Position numbers and translations under genes: made by a program. This document shows positions 1 through 8,220 of a stretch of 64,000 nucleotides of DNA, piece by piece. Under the pieces are notes generated by a model. That model was not told the origin of the DNA and made no database searches. It saw only the letters and a program-made list of their open reading frames with translations. Source of the stretch: Gammaproteobacteria bacterium (lineage in GTDB: Bacteria; Pseudomonadota; Gammaproteobacteria; Steroidobacterales; Rariloculaceae); assembly GCA_029243585.1 (NCBI GenBank), contig JAQWRR010000018.1, forward strand, positions 2,059-66,058. The letters are read 5' to 3'. The first letter of the stretch is position 1. Each line of letters starts with the position of its first letter.

Positions 1-80
1 CGGCAAAATCGTAATTGCAGCCATTTATGAACCCCTTTGAGGGGGCAAAAACCATAAGCCTCAGCCTATAGAGACGAACC

Positions 81-2816
81 ATGAAACAATCAATTATTTT
101 TCTCTGCTTAGTTACCTTTACCAGGATTATCTGCGCCCAAGAAGTGGAGCTTGATATCCCCTTTGAGGAATTCTATTTAGATAATGGGCTACGTGTCATT
201 GTCCATGAAGACAGAAAAGCGCCAATAGTTGCTGTAACACTCTGGTATCACGTCGGCTCAAAAAATGAGATTGAAGGAAAAACAGGCTTTGCCCATCTTT
301 TCGAACACCTTATGTTTAACGGTAGCGAAAACTATAACGATGAGTATTTTGCGCCCTTTCAACAAGTAGGGGCCACTAGCATGAATGGCACAACAAATTC
401 TGATCGTACGAATTATTTTCAGACCGTGCCCACAACAGCCCTAGATCTTGCAATGTGGATGGAATCAGATCGCATGGGACAACTACTTGGGGCCATAGAT
501 CAAGAAAAACTTGACGAGCAGCGTAGCGTTGTTCAGAACGAAAAACGCCAAAGAGAAAACCAACCTTATGGGAGAGCTTTTGACTACATAACTGAAAACG
601 TCTTTCCAAATGGACACCCTTATTCTTGGACGACAATCGGATCAATGGAAGACTTAAATGCCGCCAGTCTTGAGGATGTGTATCTATGGTTTCAAAACTA
701 TTATGGCCCAAACAACGCAACGCTAGTTCTAGCAGGAGACGTGGATGTTGAAACCGCTAAAAATACAGTCCAGCGGCACTTTGGTCATATCCCTCCTGGT
801 CCGCCAATAGCACGAATGGAAACGTGGGTACCTTCGCTTGACCAAGAAAGAAGGATGACGATAGAAGATCGTGTTCCACAACCCAGAATTTATAAAACCT
901 GGCCAGTCCCTGAATGGGGAAGTGAAGACTCAGAGTGGCTATCGCTCGCCGATGCTATCCTGAGTAAGGGTGCAAATTCTCGCCTCTATCAACGCTTGGT
1001 TTATGAAGAACAAATAGCAACTGATGTTGGTGGTTATCTATTTCTTGGTGAAATTTCTGGCGCTTATGCCGTCTGGGCAACAGCCCAACCTGGCCAAGAC
1101 TTAGATGAAGTTGAGAGGATCATGAATGAAGAAATCGAACGCTTTATCGATGATGGTCCAACTCAAGAAGAACTTGACCGTGTAATAACTCAGACGCGTG
1201 CTAGCCTAATTCGTGGTATTGAGCGGGTAGGAGGGTTTGGTGGAAAGTCAGGGATTTTAGCGGAAAGCGCAGTTTTTGGTGGTCGTCCTGATGCCTACAA
1301 AGACTCCCTAGGCATTATTAATTCTGTTAGACCAGTCAATGTCCGTGATGTAGCTCGTGAATGGCTGACCAAGAAAGCTTTCGTGCTTGAAATAAACCCT
1401 TTTGAAGAACAACTCATGGCCTCCGGGGAAGATGTTGATCGATCCGAGCCACCAATACCCAATACTTTCCCTGAATCTGCTTTTCCAACACTTGAGCGTG
1501 CAGAACTTTCAAATGGTATGCGTCTTATTGTTGCTCGTCGTGATGCAATCCCGGTGATCAACTTTAGTTTGCAACTAAACTCTGGTTACGCGTCTGATCA
1601 ATTTGCAAGTCCTGGTACTGCAAATATGGCTATGACTATGCTGGATCAGGGAACGGAATCACTTGAAGCATTGGAGATTAGTGAAGAATTAGCTGGATTG
1701 GGAGCTCAACTGAGAACAGGAGCTAATATTGATTACTCTTTTGTGAATCTTTCAGCACTAAAAGAAAATCTTGAGGAATCTCTAAAAATCTATAGTGATG
1801 TAATTCTTAATCCAACTTTTCCAGAACAGGAATTGGTCCGCCAAAAAAGACTCAGCATCTCACATATTCAACGCGAAAAAACAACGCCCATGAGCATGGC
1901 TCTGAGGATTTTTCCAGCCCTAATTTATGGCGAAGGGCATGCTTATTCTCTCCCCATGACTGGTTCGGGTACAGAAGAAGCTATTACTAATCTTTCTAAC
2001 ACTGACCTACAAACATTTCATGAAACTTGGTTTAGACCTAATAACGCAACAATGATTGTTGTTGGTGATACCAGCCTGGAAGAGATAGTGCCCATACTAG
2101 AATCGTTTTTTTCAAACTGGGCTAGCAATGAAATACCACAAAAAAATATTCCTCCGGTTGAGCTCCCAGAATCATCTAGAATTATCCTTGTAGATCGCCC
2201 AGGTTCTGAACAGAGCATCATAATTGGCGGTCAAATTGTATTTGCTAAATCGGACGAAAGAGAACTAGCACTACAAACCTTTAATGACATATTTGGAGGC
2301 AGCTTCACTTCGCGTATTAATATGAACCTTAGAGAAGATAAAGCATGGTCATATGGTGTGCGTTCAATGCTTGTTGACACCATGAACCAAAGACCATTTA
2401 TTGTTTATGCTCCAGTGCAAAGCGATCGAACTGCAGACTCACTTATAGAACTTGACAGAGAACTTCGTGAGTTACTCAATGATAGGCCGGTCAATGATGA
2501 AGAAGTAGCTACGTCTAAGAAACGAAATACACTTACCCTGCCTGGAAGATGGGAAACAGCACAAGCCGTGGCTAGCGATATTGCACAAATGGTACGTTTT
2601 ACGCTACCGGATGATTACTGGGAACAATATGCTGACCTAGTCAGTGATGTGAGCGTTCAAGAAGCAAATTCTGCTGCTAGAAATCAACTCAAACCAGACC
2701 AATTAACTTGGGTTGTAGTAGGTGATCTGGCGGAAATTGAAGATGAGGTACGTGCACTAAATCTTGGTGAGTTAGCCTTAATGGACGTTGACGGAAACAT
2801 ACTAGGCCCTCAGTAA
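81..2816 (+). CDS. Secreted M16-family zinc metallopeptidase (insulinase/PqqL-like, double-length)
   Basis: N-terminal signal-like segment (MKQSIIFLCLVTFTRIICAQ). Inverted zinc motif HxxEH in FAHLFEHLMFNGS, with a downstream Glu in VVQNEKRQRE. The 911-aa length indicates two tandem M16 active/inactive domain pairs. Confidence 0.9.
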   Translation: MKQSIIFLCLVTFTRIICAQEVELDIPFEEFYLDNGLRVIVHEDRKAPIVAVTLWYHVGSKNEIEGKTGFAHLFEHLMFNGSENYNDEYFAPFQQVGATSMNGTTNSDRTNYFQTVPTTALDLAMWMESDRMGQLLGAIDQEKLDEQRSVVQNEKRQRENQPYGRAFDYITENVFPNGHPYSWTTIGSMEDLNAASLEDVYLWFQNYYGPNNATLVLAGDVDVETAKNTVQRHFGHIPPGPPIARMETWVPSLDQERRMTIEDRVPQPRIYKTWPVPEWGSEDSEWLSLADAILSKGANSRLYQRLVYEEQIATDVGGYLFLGEISGAYAVWATAQPGQDLDEVERIMNEEIERFIDDGPTQEELDRVITQTRASLIRGIERVGGFGGKSGILAESAVFGGRPDAYKDSLGIINSVRPVNVRDVAREWLTKKAFVLEINPFEEQLMASGEDVDRSEPPIPNTFPESAFPTLERAELSNGMRLIVARRDAIPVINFSLQLNSGYASDQFASPGTANMAMTMLDQGTESLEALEISEELAGLGAQLRTGANIDYSFVNLSALKENLEESLKIYSDVILNPTFPEQELVRQKRLSISHIQREKTTPMSMALRIFPALIYGEGHAYSLPMTGSGTEEAITNLSNTDLQTFHETWFRPNNATMIVVGDTSLEEIVPILESFFSNWASNEIPQKNIPPVELPESSRIILVDRPGSEQSIIIGGQIVFAKSDERELALQTFNDIFGGSFTSRINMNLREDKAWSYGVRSMLVDTMNQRPFIVYAPVQSDRTADSLIELDRELRELLNDRPVNDEEVATSKKRNTLTLPGRWETAQAVASDIAQMVRFTLPDDYWEQYADLVSDVSVQEANSAARNQLKPDQLTWVVVGDLAEIEDEVRALNLGELALMDVDGNILGPQ

Positions 2817-2907
2817 TTTTATGACATAAAAAGCTTGAAAATTTTGTGTCTATATGAAAAATAACTGCTTGTACCTAGGCGTTAAAAAATAAATATGCGT
2901 AACATAA

Positions 2908-3855
2908 GTGATGACAATAATGATTGATTGCCAAGAACTAAGTAAACAATACGGATCACTTGTTGCTGTCAATAAACTAACTTTCCAAGTCCAGCCAGGC
3001 GAGGTTCTAGGCTTTCTTGGGCCTAATGGAGCTGGAAAAACGACAACGATGAGGATCATTGCGGGTTTCTTGCCGCCAACTTCTGGCAAAGCCACTGTTT
3101 GCGGCTTTAATATTGAAACTGAAGCTACTCAAGCAAAAAAAATGATTGGCTACCTTCCAGAAGGTGCTCCAAGCTACCCTGAAATGACGGCTAGATCATT
3201 TCTTGAATTTATCGCCGATTCCCGCAATCTTAAGGGCTCAGAACGACTACATAGGCTGGATGAAGTGTACGAATTACTACATTTAAAACATGTGCTTGAT
3301 CAGAAAATTGATACCTTGTCTAAGGGATATACCCGTCGAGTTGGTCTTGCACAAGCAATTCTTCATGATCCAAAGGTTTTAATACTCGATGAACCCACAG
3401 ATGGCTTAGACCCTAATCAAAAATATGAGGTAAGAAAACTTATCAACAAGATGTCGGAGAATAAAATTATTATTATCTCAACGCATCTTTTGGAAGAAGT
3501 CGATGCTGTGTGTAATCGAGCGATCATTATTTCTGATGGCCAGATACTCGCAGACGATACTCCGAAAAACCTAGAAGCTAAGTCTAAATTTCACAATGCG
3601 GTATCAATAAAACTTTCAGAACCTTCTCAACTTAACGCAGTACGCGAGGCAATCAACTCTTTACCAGAAATCATTAGTACGGAAGTTGATGAACACAGCA
3701 ATCAACTTATAGCGTTTCCTGATAGTGGAAAGATACCGCTGCAAGCCATCACAGAACTTGGCGCTACAAAAGGTTGGGAATTTTCAGAACTCCACCTTGA
3801 ATCAGGTCGATTAGACGAGGTATTCAGAACTATTACAGGGGGAGCGGCTGCATGA
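2908..3855 (+). CDS. ABC transporter ATP-binding protein (ABC-2/GldA-like)
   Basis: Walker A GPNGAGKTT, signature-like LSKGYTRRVGLAQ, Walker B VLILDEPTDGLD. Its stop overlaps the start of the next gene. The true start could be GTG 2908 or ATG 2911/2920. Confidence 0.9.
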   Translation: MMTIMIDCQELSKQYGSLVAVNKLTFQVQPGEVLGFLGPNGAGKTTTMRIIAGFLPPTSGKATVCGFNIETEATQAKKMIGYLPEGAPSYPEMTARSFLEFIADSRNLKGSERLHRLDEVYELLHLKHVLDQKIDTLSKGYTRRVGLAQAILHDPKVLILDEPTDGLDPNQKYEVRKLINKMSENKIIIISTHLLEEVDAVCNRAIIISDGQILADDTPKNLEAKSKFHNAVSIKLSEPSQLNAVREAINSLPEIISTEVDEHSNQLIAFPDSGKIPLQAITELGATKGWEFSELHLESGRLDEVFRTITGGAAA

Positions 3856-4586
3856 ATGGAGTACTTACTATTTTGCGCCGTGAATTACGAGGCTACTTCT
3901 CTACACCACTTGCCTACGTTTTTATCGTTATTTTCCTAGTCCTTTCAGGATGGTTCACCTTTAATTTTGGTAATTTTTATAATGGTGGGCAAGCAAGTCT
4001 GGCGGCATTTTTCAATTACCATCCATGGCTATATCTATTCCTTGTGCCCGCTCTTTCTATGCGTCTTTGGGCAGAGGAAAGAAAAACTGGAACCATAGAG
4101 TTATTACTAACTCTTCCGTTAGAAATCTGGGAATCTGTTACGGGAAAGTTTCTAGCCTCTTGGCTATTCACAGGAATGGCTCTTTTTTTTACATTCCCAA
4201 TATGGATCACAGTCAATTACCTAGGCAATCCTGATAATGGCGTTATTTTTGCTGCTTACTTAGGTAGCTTTTTGATGGCTGGTGGATTTTTGGCTATCGG
4301 TTCATTTATATCTGCTACAACCAATAATCAAGTTATTGCTTTTATCCTTACGGTAGTCATCTGCTTTATATTTCTACTGGCAGGATTTCAGCCAATACTA
4401 AGTCCCTTGGTTGGATGGGTGCCTCAAGCCATCATAGATTCCATTGCCAGCTTAAGTTTTTTGACTCATTTCTCCAGCATAAGCAAAGGAGTTATAGACC
4501 TGCGTGACCTAGTTTATTTTGCGTTACTTATCAGCACATTTCTTTATGCGAATGTATTAACACTGAATATCAAAAAAGGCAGCTAG
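3852..4586 (+). CDS. ABC-2 type permease (GldF-like)
   Basis: About 6 hydrophobic segments. ATGA-type overlap with the upstream ATPase. Its position between the ATPase and the GldG-like gene matches the GldA/F/G layout. Confidence 0.8.
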   Translation: MNGVLTILRRELRGYFSTPLAYVFIVIFLVLSGWFTFNFGNFYNGGQASLAAFFNYHPWLYLFLVPALSMRLWAEERKTGTIELLLTLPLEIWESVTGKFLASWLFTGMALFFTFPIWITVNYLGNPDNGVIFAAYLGSFLMAGGFLAIGSFISATTNNQVIAFILTVVICFIFLLAGFQPILSPLVGWVPQAIIDSIASLSFLTHFSSISKGVIDLRDLVYFALLISTFLYANVLTLNIKKGS

Positions 4587-4593
4587 ATACACC

Positions 4594-6498
4594 ATGAGCA
4601 CTCAGACACAGCGAAAAATTGGAACAGCCTCACTAGTACTTTTAGGATTGGTATTCATTGCCGCTGTTACTGCAAATAACGCCCTACTGAGTGGTTTACG
4701 ATTCGATTTGACAGAGAACAACCTCTACACAGTATCCCCTGGAACTCGTGCGCTCCTATCGAACATTGAAGAACCAATTAACCTTTATTATTTTTTCTCG
4801 GATACCGAGACATCAGATATTACACCGCTTAGAAATTTTGCTACTCGAGTTCGAGAATTATTGGAAGAGTTAGATGCTGTAGCTGGAGAAAATTTAAATT
4901 TAAACATAATCGATCCAGTTCCGTTTTCTGAGGACGAAGATAGGGCTGCCCAGTTTGGATTACAGCCCATTAATCTAGGGCTCGGACAGGCTATTTATTT
5001 TGGGCTTGTAGGGACTAACAGTGTTGGCGAAGAAGAAATCATTAGCATTTTTAATCCCGACCGAGAGCGATTTCTTGAATACGAAATTGCAAGAATGGTT
5101 TATAGCCTTGCACGACCCGAAAAAGTTGTTGTGGGACTCCTCGCTGGTGTACCTATGACGCCTGGATTTGACCCACAGATGCAGCGACCTACTGAACCAT
5201 GGGTTATTTATACCCAGGCAGAACAACTGTTTGAAGTCCGTACTCTTTCATCGTCTCTAACAACTATTGAAGAGGAACTTGATGTTCTATGGCTAGTACA
5301 TCCTAAAGGCCTTGGACTTGAAGCGCTATATGCCATTGATCAGTTTATTCTTCGTGGCGGTCGTGCCCTTATATTCCTCGACCCATTTGCTGAAATTGAT
5401 ATGCTTAATTCCGGTGGAGATCCGGCTGCAATGGCGGCTGGAAGCAGCTCCAATCTTGATCCTTTGTTGGATGCGTGGGGCATCGGTTTCACTGATACTG
5501 AGGTTGTAGCAGATAACCAGTTAGCTCTTAGCATAAGCACTGGAGCCGGTTTAAGGCCCATAAGACATCTTGGTTTGCTTGGTCTTAACAGCGCTGCAAT
5601 GGACAATGATGACGTTATTACAGATGGTCTTAGCACCCTCAATTTAGGTAGTACTGGACATTTCACTCTGCTAGATGGAAGTACAGCAGAAATTGAACCT
5701 CTTCTTACCTCAAGTTTAGATGCTGCTCTCTTACCTGCGATACAGGTCCAAATGTTGTCGGATCCAGAAATGCTCCAGGACGGTTTTGTGCCCACAGGTG
5801 AGTCGTATATTCTAGCTGCTCGTATTTCTGGCCAATTAACCACTGCATTCCCCGATGGACAGCCCCAAGACATAATTCCAGATTCTGAAGTTGACGCTTC
5901 GATTCCAGAACCATCTCCAGCCCCCAATAACCACACAAACTCTATTGAGAACGCAAATGTCATTCTAGTCGGAGACGTTGATTTCCTAAGTGATCGACTA
6001 TGGGTGCAAAGACAAAATTTCCTAGGTCAACAGTTAACAACGGCTTTCGCAAGTAATGGAGATTTTGTAATTAATTCTCTCGATAATTTATCTGGTAGTG
6101 CCGAACTAATTGGTATTCGTGCACGGGGTACATATTCTCGGCCATTTACGCGAGTCGAAGCACTCCGAAGAGATGCAGATGCTCAATTTCGTCAAACCGA
6201 GCAATTACTTCAAGCTGAACTTACTGAAACTGAAACCAGACTAGCTGAACTACAGGCTGCTAGAACCGATGAGGGAGCGCTCTTAGCTAGCCCAGAACAA
6301 CAAGCTGAAGTTCAACGTTTTTTAGATCAACAAGTACGTATTAGACAGGATCTTAGAGCAGTACAACGAAACCTTGACCAAGACATTGAGCGATTAGGAG
6401 TTATTCTACAGGCTATAAACATAGTGGTCGTACCTTTGCTTTTGACTTTATTTGCCCTAGGAACGGTCGCTCTGAGAAGAAAACGGACAGGCACATAA
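4594..6498 (+). CDS. GldG-like ABC-transporter auxiliary component (large periplasmic protein with N- and C-terminal membrane anchors)
   Basis: N-terminal TM segment, long soluble region, C-terminal coiled-coil (QTEQLLQAELTETETRLAELQ) and a final TM segment. Starts 8 nt after the permease stop. Architecture is typical of the GldG/ABC_transp_aux family. Confidence 0.7.
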   Translation: MSTQTQRKIGTASLVLLGLVFIAAVTANNALLSGLRFDLTENNLYTVSPGTRALLSNIEEPINLYYFFSDTETSDITPLRNFATRVRELLEELDAVAGENLNLNIIDPVPFSEDEDRAAQFGLQPINLGLGQAIYFGLVGTNSVGEEEIISIFNPDRERFLEYEIARMVYSLARPEKVVVGLLAGVPMTPGFDPQMQRPTEPWVIYTQAEQLFEVRTLSSSLTTIEEELDVLWLVHPKGLGLEALYAIDQFILRGGRALIFLDPFAEIDMLNSGGDPAAMAAGSSSNLDPLLDAWGIGFTDTEVVADNQLALSISTGAGLRPIRHLGLLGLNSAAMDNDDVITDGLSTLNLGSTGHFTLLDGSTAEIEPLLTSSLDAALLPAIQVQMLSDPEMLQDGFVPTGESYILAARISGQLTTAFPDGQPQDIIPDSEVDASIPEPSPAPNNHTNSIENANVILVGDVDFLSDRLWVQRQNFLGQQLTTAFASNGDFVINSLDNLSGSAELIGIRARGTYSRPFTRVEALRRDADAQFRQTEQLLQAELTETETRLAELQAARTDEGALLASPEQQAEVQRFLDQQVRIRQDLRAVQRNLDQDIERLGVILQAINIVVVPLLLTLFALGTVALRRKRTGT

Positions 6499-6500
6499 CG

Positions 6501-7544
6501 ATGACTAATCGCACCTTAATAGTCCTTGCTGGAACTTTTTTAATTTTGAGTATTCTTGCGTTAGTCGGACAACGCAATCAAGAACCGACAAGCATGGTAA
6601 CTAATCTATTATTTAATGGATTACTGGAGGAACTTAATAGTGTCGAGTTAATTGAGCTTGCTGAAAGGGGTAATACAGTTGTTACTACACTTAATTTAAG
6701 TACAGACGGGTGGACTGTTACTGAACGTAGTGGTTATCCAGCTAATACGCAAAAAATTAATCGTATGTTACTAACTCTTGCTGAGGCACGAATACTAGAG
6801 GAAAAAACATCAAGGCCTGAATGGCATGACCGACTAGGCGTTGAATCAATAGAAAGAGAAGATGCAGGGGGTCTTGGCATCCGATTAGTTGGGCCAGATC
6901 TTCCAGTGAACGTCATAGTTGGAGATTCTGCTGGAGATAACCAAATTTATGTTCGGAAAGCAGACCAAACACAAAGTTACCTGATCGATAGAGACCCTGA
7001 AGCAGGTAGGTCTCCTACAGACTGGTTGGATACAGAAATATTATCTATCTCCACAAATCGAATACAGCAAGTTAAATTACAACACCCTGATGGTGAAGTT
7101 TTAACTATCTTTAAAAATGACTCGGATCAATCAAATTTCACTGTTTCTGATATTCCTGAAAATCGTGAACTTCAATATGAAAGCATTGCAAATACGATTG
7201 GCAGTACGCTCTCTGGCCTTTCCCTACAGGATGTAGAATCACATGATAGTTTCGAAGGAGATATAACAGTAGCTGAATTTCGTACTTTTGACGGATTGAT
7301 TTTAATAGTTGAATCTATAAGACAGGATGACGAAGGTTGGGTTGCCCTGAATCTAGATCATGATGATTCAAATAACTTTTCGAATGAAGAGGTCGTTTCC
7401 GATGATAGCTCCTCTGAAGAAATGGAAATGATTGAGTTAGGTCAAAAACTTAATGGGTGGAAATATCGCATACCTACCTATCAATTTAATCAGCTTACTA
7501 GAAGAATGGATGATCTGCTTCGTCCACTACCAGATGATTCTTAG
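6501..7544 (+). CDS. DUF4340-like membrane-anchored protein, last gene of the GldAFG-like operon
   Basis: Starts 3 nt after the GldG-like stop. Single N-terminal TM segment and an acidic C-terminal region. A gene of this type usually follows gldG-like genes. The family assignment is from memory only. Confidence 0.55.
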   Translation: MTNRTLIVLAGTFLILSILALVGQRNQEPTSMVTNLLFNGLLEELNSVELIELAERGNTVVTTLNLSTDGWTVTERSGYPANTQKINRMLLTLAEARILEEKTSRPEWHDRLGVESIEREDAGGLGIRLVGPDLPVNVIVGDSAGDNQIYVRKADQTQSYLIDRDPEAGRSPTDWLDTEILSISTNRIQQVKLQHPDGEVLTIFKNDSDQSNFTVSDIPENRELQYESIANTIGSTLSGLSLQDVESHDSFEGDITVAEFRTFDGLILIVESIRQDDEGWVALNLDHDDSNNFSNEEVVSDDSSSEEMEMIELGQKLNGWKYRIPTYQFNQLTRRMDDLLRPLPDDS

Positions 7545-7568
7545 TAAACGATAATTTATGGCATAAGT

Positions 7569-7589
7569 GCTCTTTTTCGATTAAAGAGC
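7569..7589 (+). terminator. Possible intrinsic terminator after the GldAFG-like operon
   Basis: Perfect 7-bp stem GCTCTTT (7569-7575) / AAAGAGC (7583-7589) with a 7-nt loop, followed by CTTATTT. The stem is AT-rich, so the call is weak. It overlaps the stop of the minus-strand relic ORF. Confidence 0.35.
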
Positions 7590-8069
7590 CTTATTTAAAG
7601 ATTTAATTTCATGGGAAACTTTAACTTCTTTAGTTTTAAAAAAGAGCTCATGATTTTTTTCTACTATATCTAGGTCATATAGGTAATTAACCATAAGGCC
7701 TAGAGACTCAGAAACCCCTTTTTTAGAATTATCAGCATTTAAGTTAATTTTTTCTAATATAGACTCAGGAACTTTTTTACAAAGAGCCACTTCAACGAAT
7801 ATTAGAGGTTCATCTGGTATTAAAGGATGAAAAAAAGCAAAGCATTTTCTATCTGAAGGAGCGAGCCTAGCCCTTAAATCATCCCATGAATTAATTGCTT
7901 GAACAGCTTCATAGGCAATGATTTTTTCTAGGATGCTTGCAGGAGTAGACCAATCTATTTTCTCTAATACAAGAAAGGAAGGATTAAACCAATATTTGAA
8001 TAATTTGAGTAAGCTTGTTTCAAATGAATCAAGGCTTTTATGATTAAGGTTTTTGATTCTTGATCGCAA
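7581..8069 (-). pseudogene. Malonyl-CoA decarboxylase relic, lacking the N-terminal domain and with the central catalytic segment deleted
   Basis: DWSTPASILEKIIAYEAVQAI...RKCFAFFHPLIPDEPLIFVEVAL matches the conserved mid-region of malonyl-CoA decarboxylases. GLMVNYLYDLDIVEKNHE matches their C-terminal motif. Only about 35 aa separate these two blocks, whereas roughly 200 aa separate them in intact enzymes. The ORF opens with a TTG just after an in-frame stop at 8124-8126. The segment is noticeably AT-rich. Confidence 0.7.
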
Positions 8070-8220
8070 AGTACCAAAGAATATAGCGGAAAAGATATTA
8101 TCTTTTATTAATCTTGGTTGTTTTCACTTTCTGTAGGTTCTTCTAAGGTTTAGAATTACAAGGTTACGGTGGTGCCAGTACTCCAAATTGGCGTAAAAAA
8201 ATCCTACGGATTAATAGATT

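Noticed and set aside
32-44. Small GC hairpin CCCCT-TTG-AGGGG near the window start, considered as a terminator
   Set aside because: The stem is 5 bp, there is no following T-tract on either strand, and the upstream gene context is outside the window.
5340-5963. 207-aa ORF antisense to the GldG-like gene, with nested shorter ORFs at 5312-5509 and 5705-5938
   Set aside because: It lies entirely inside a gene whose sense frame has the family architecture and operon coupling. The antisense product is Ser/Arg/Pro-rich low-complexity sequence with no start context or motif. Long stop-free antisense frames are expected by chance in coding DNA.
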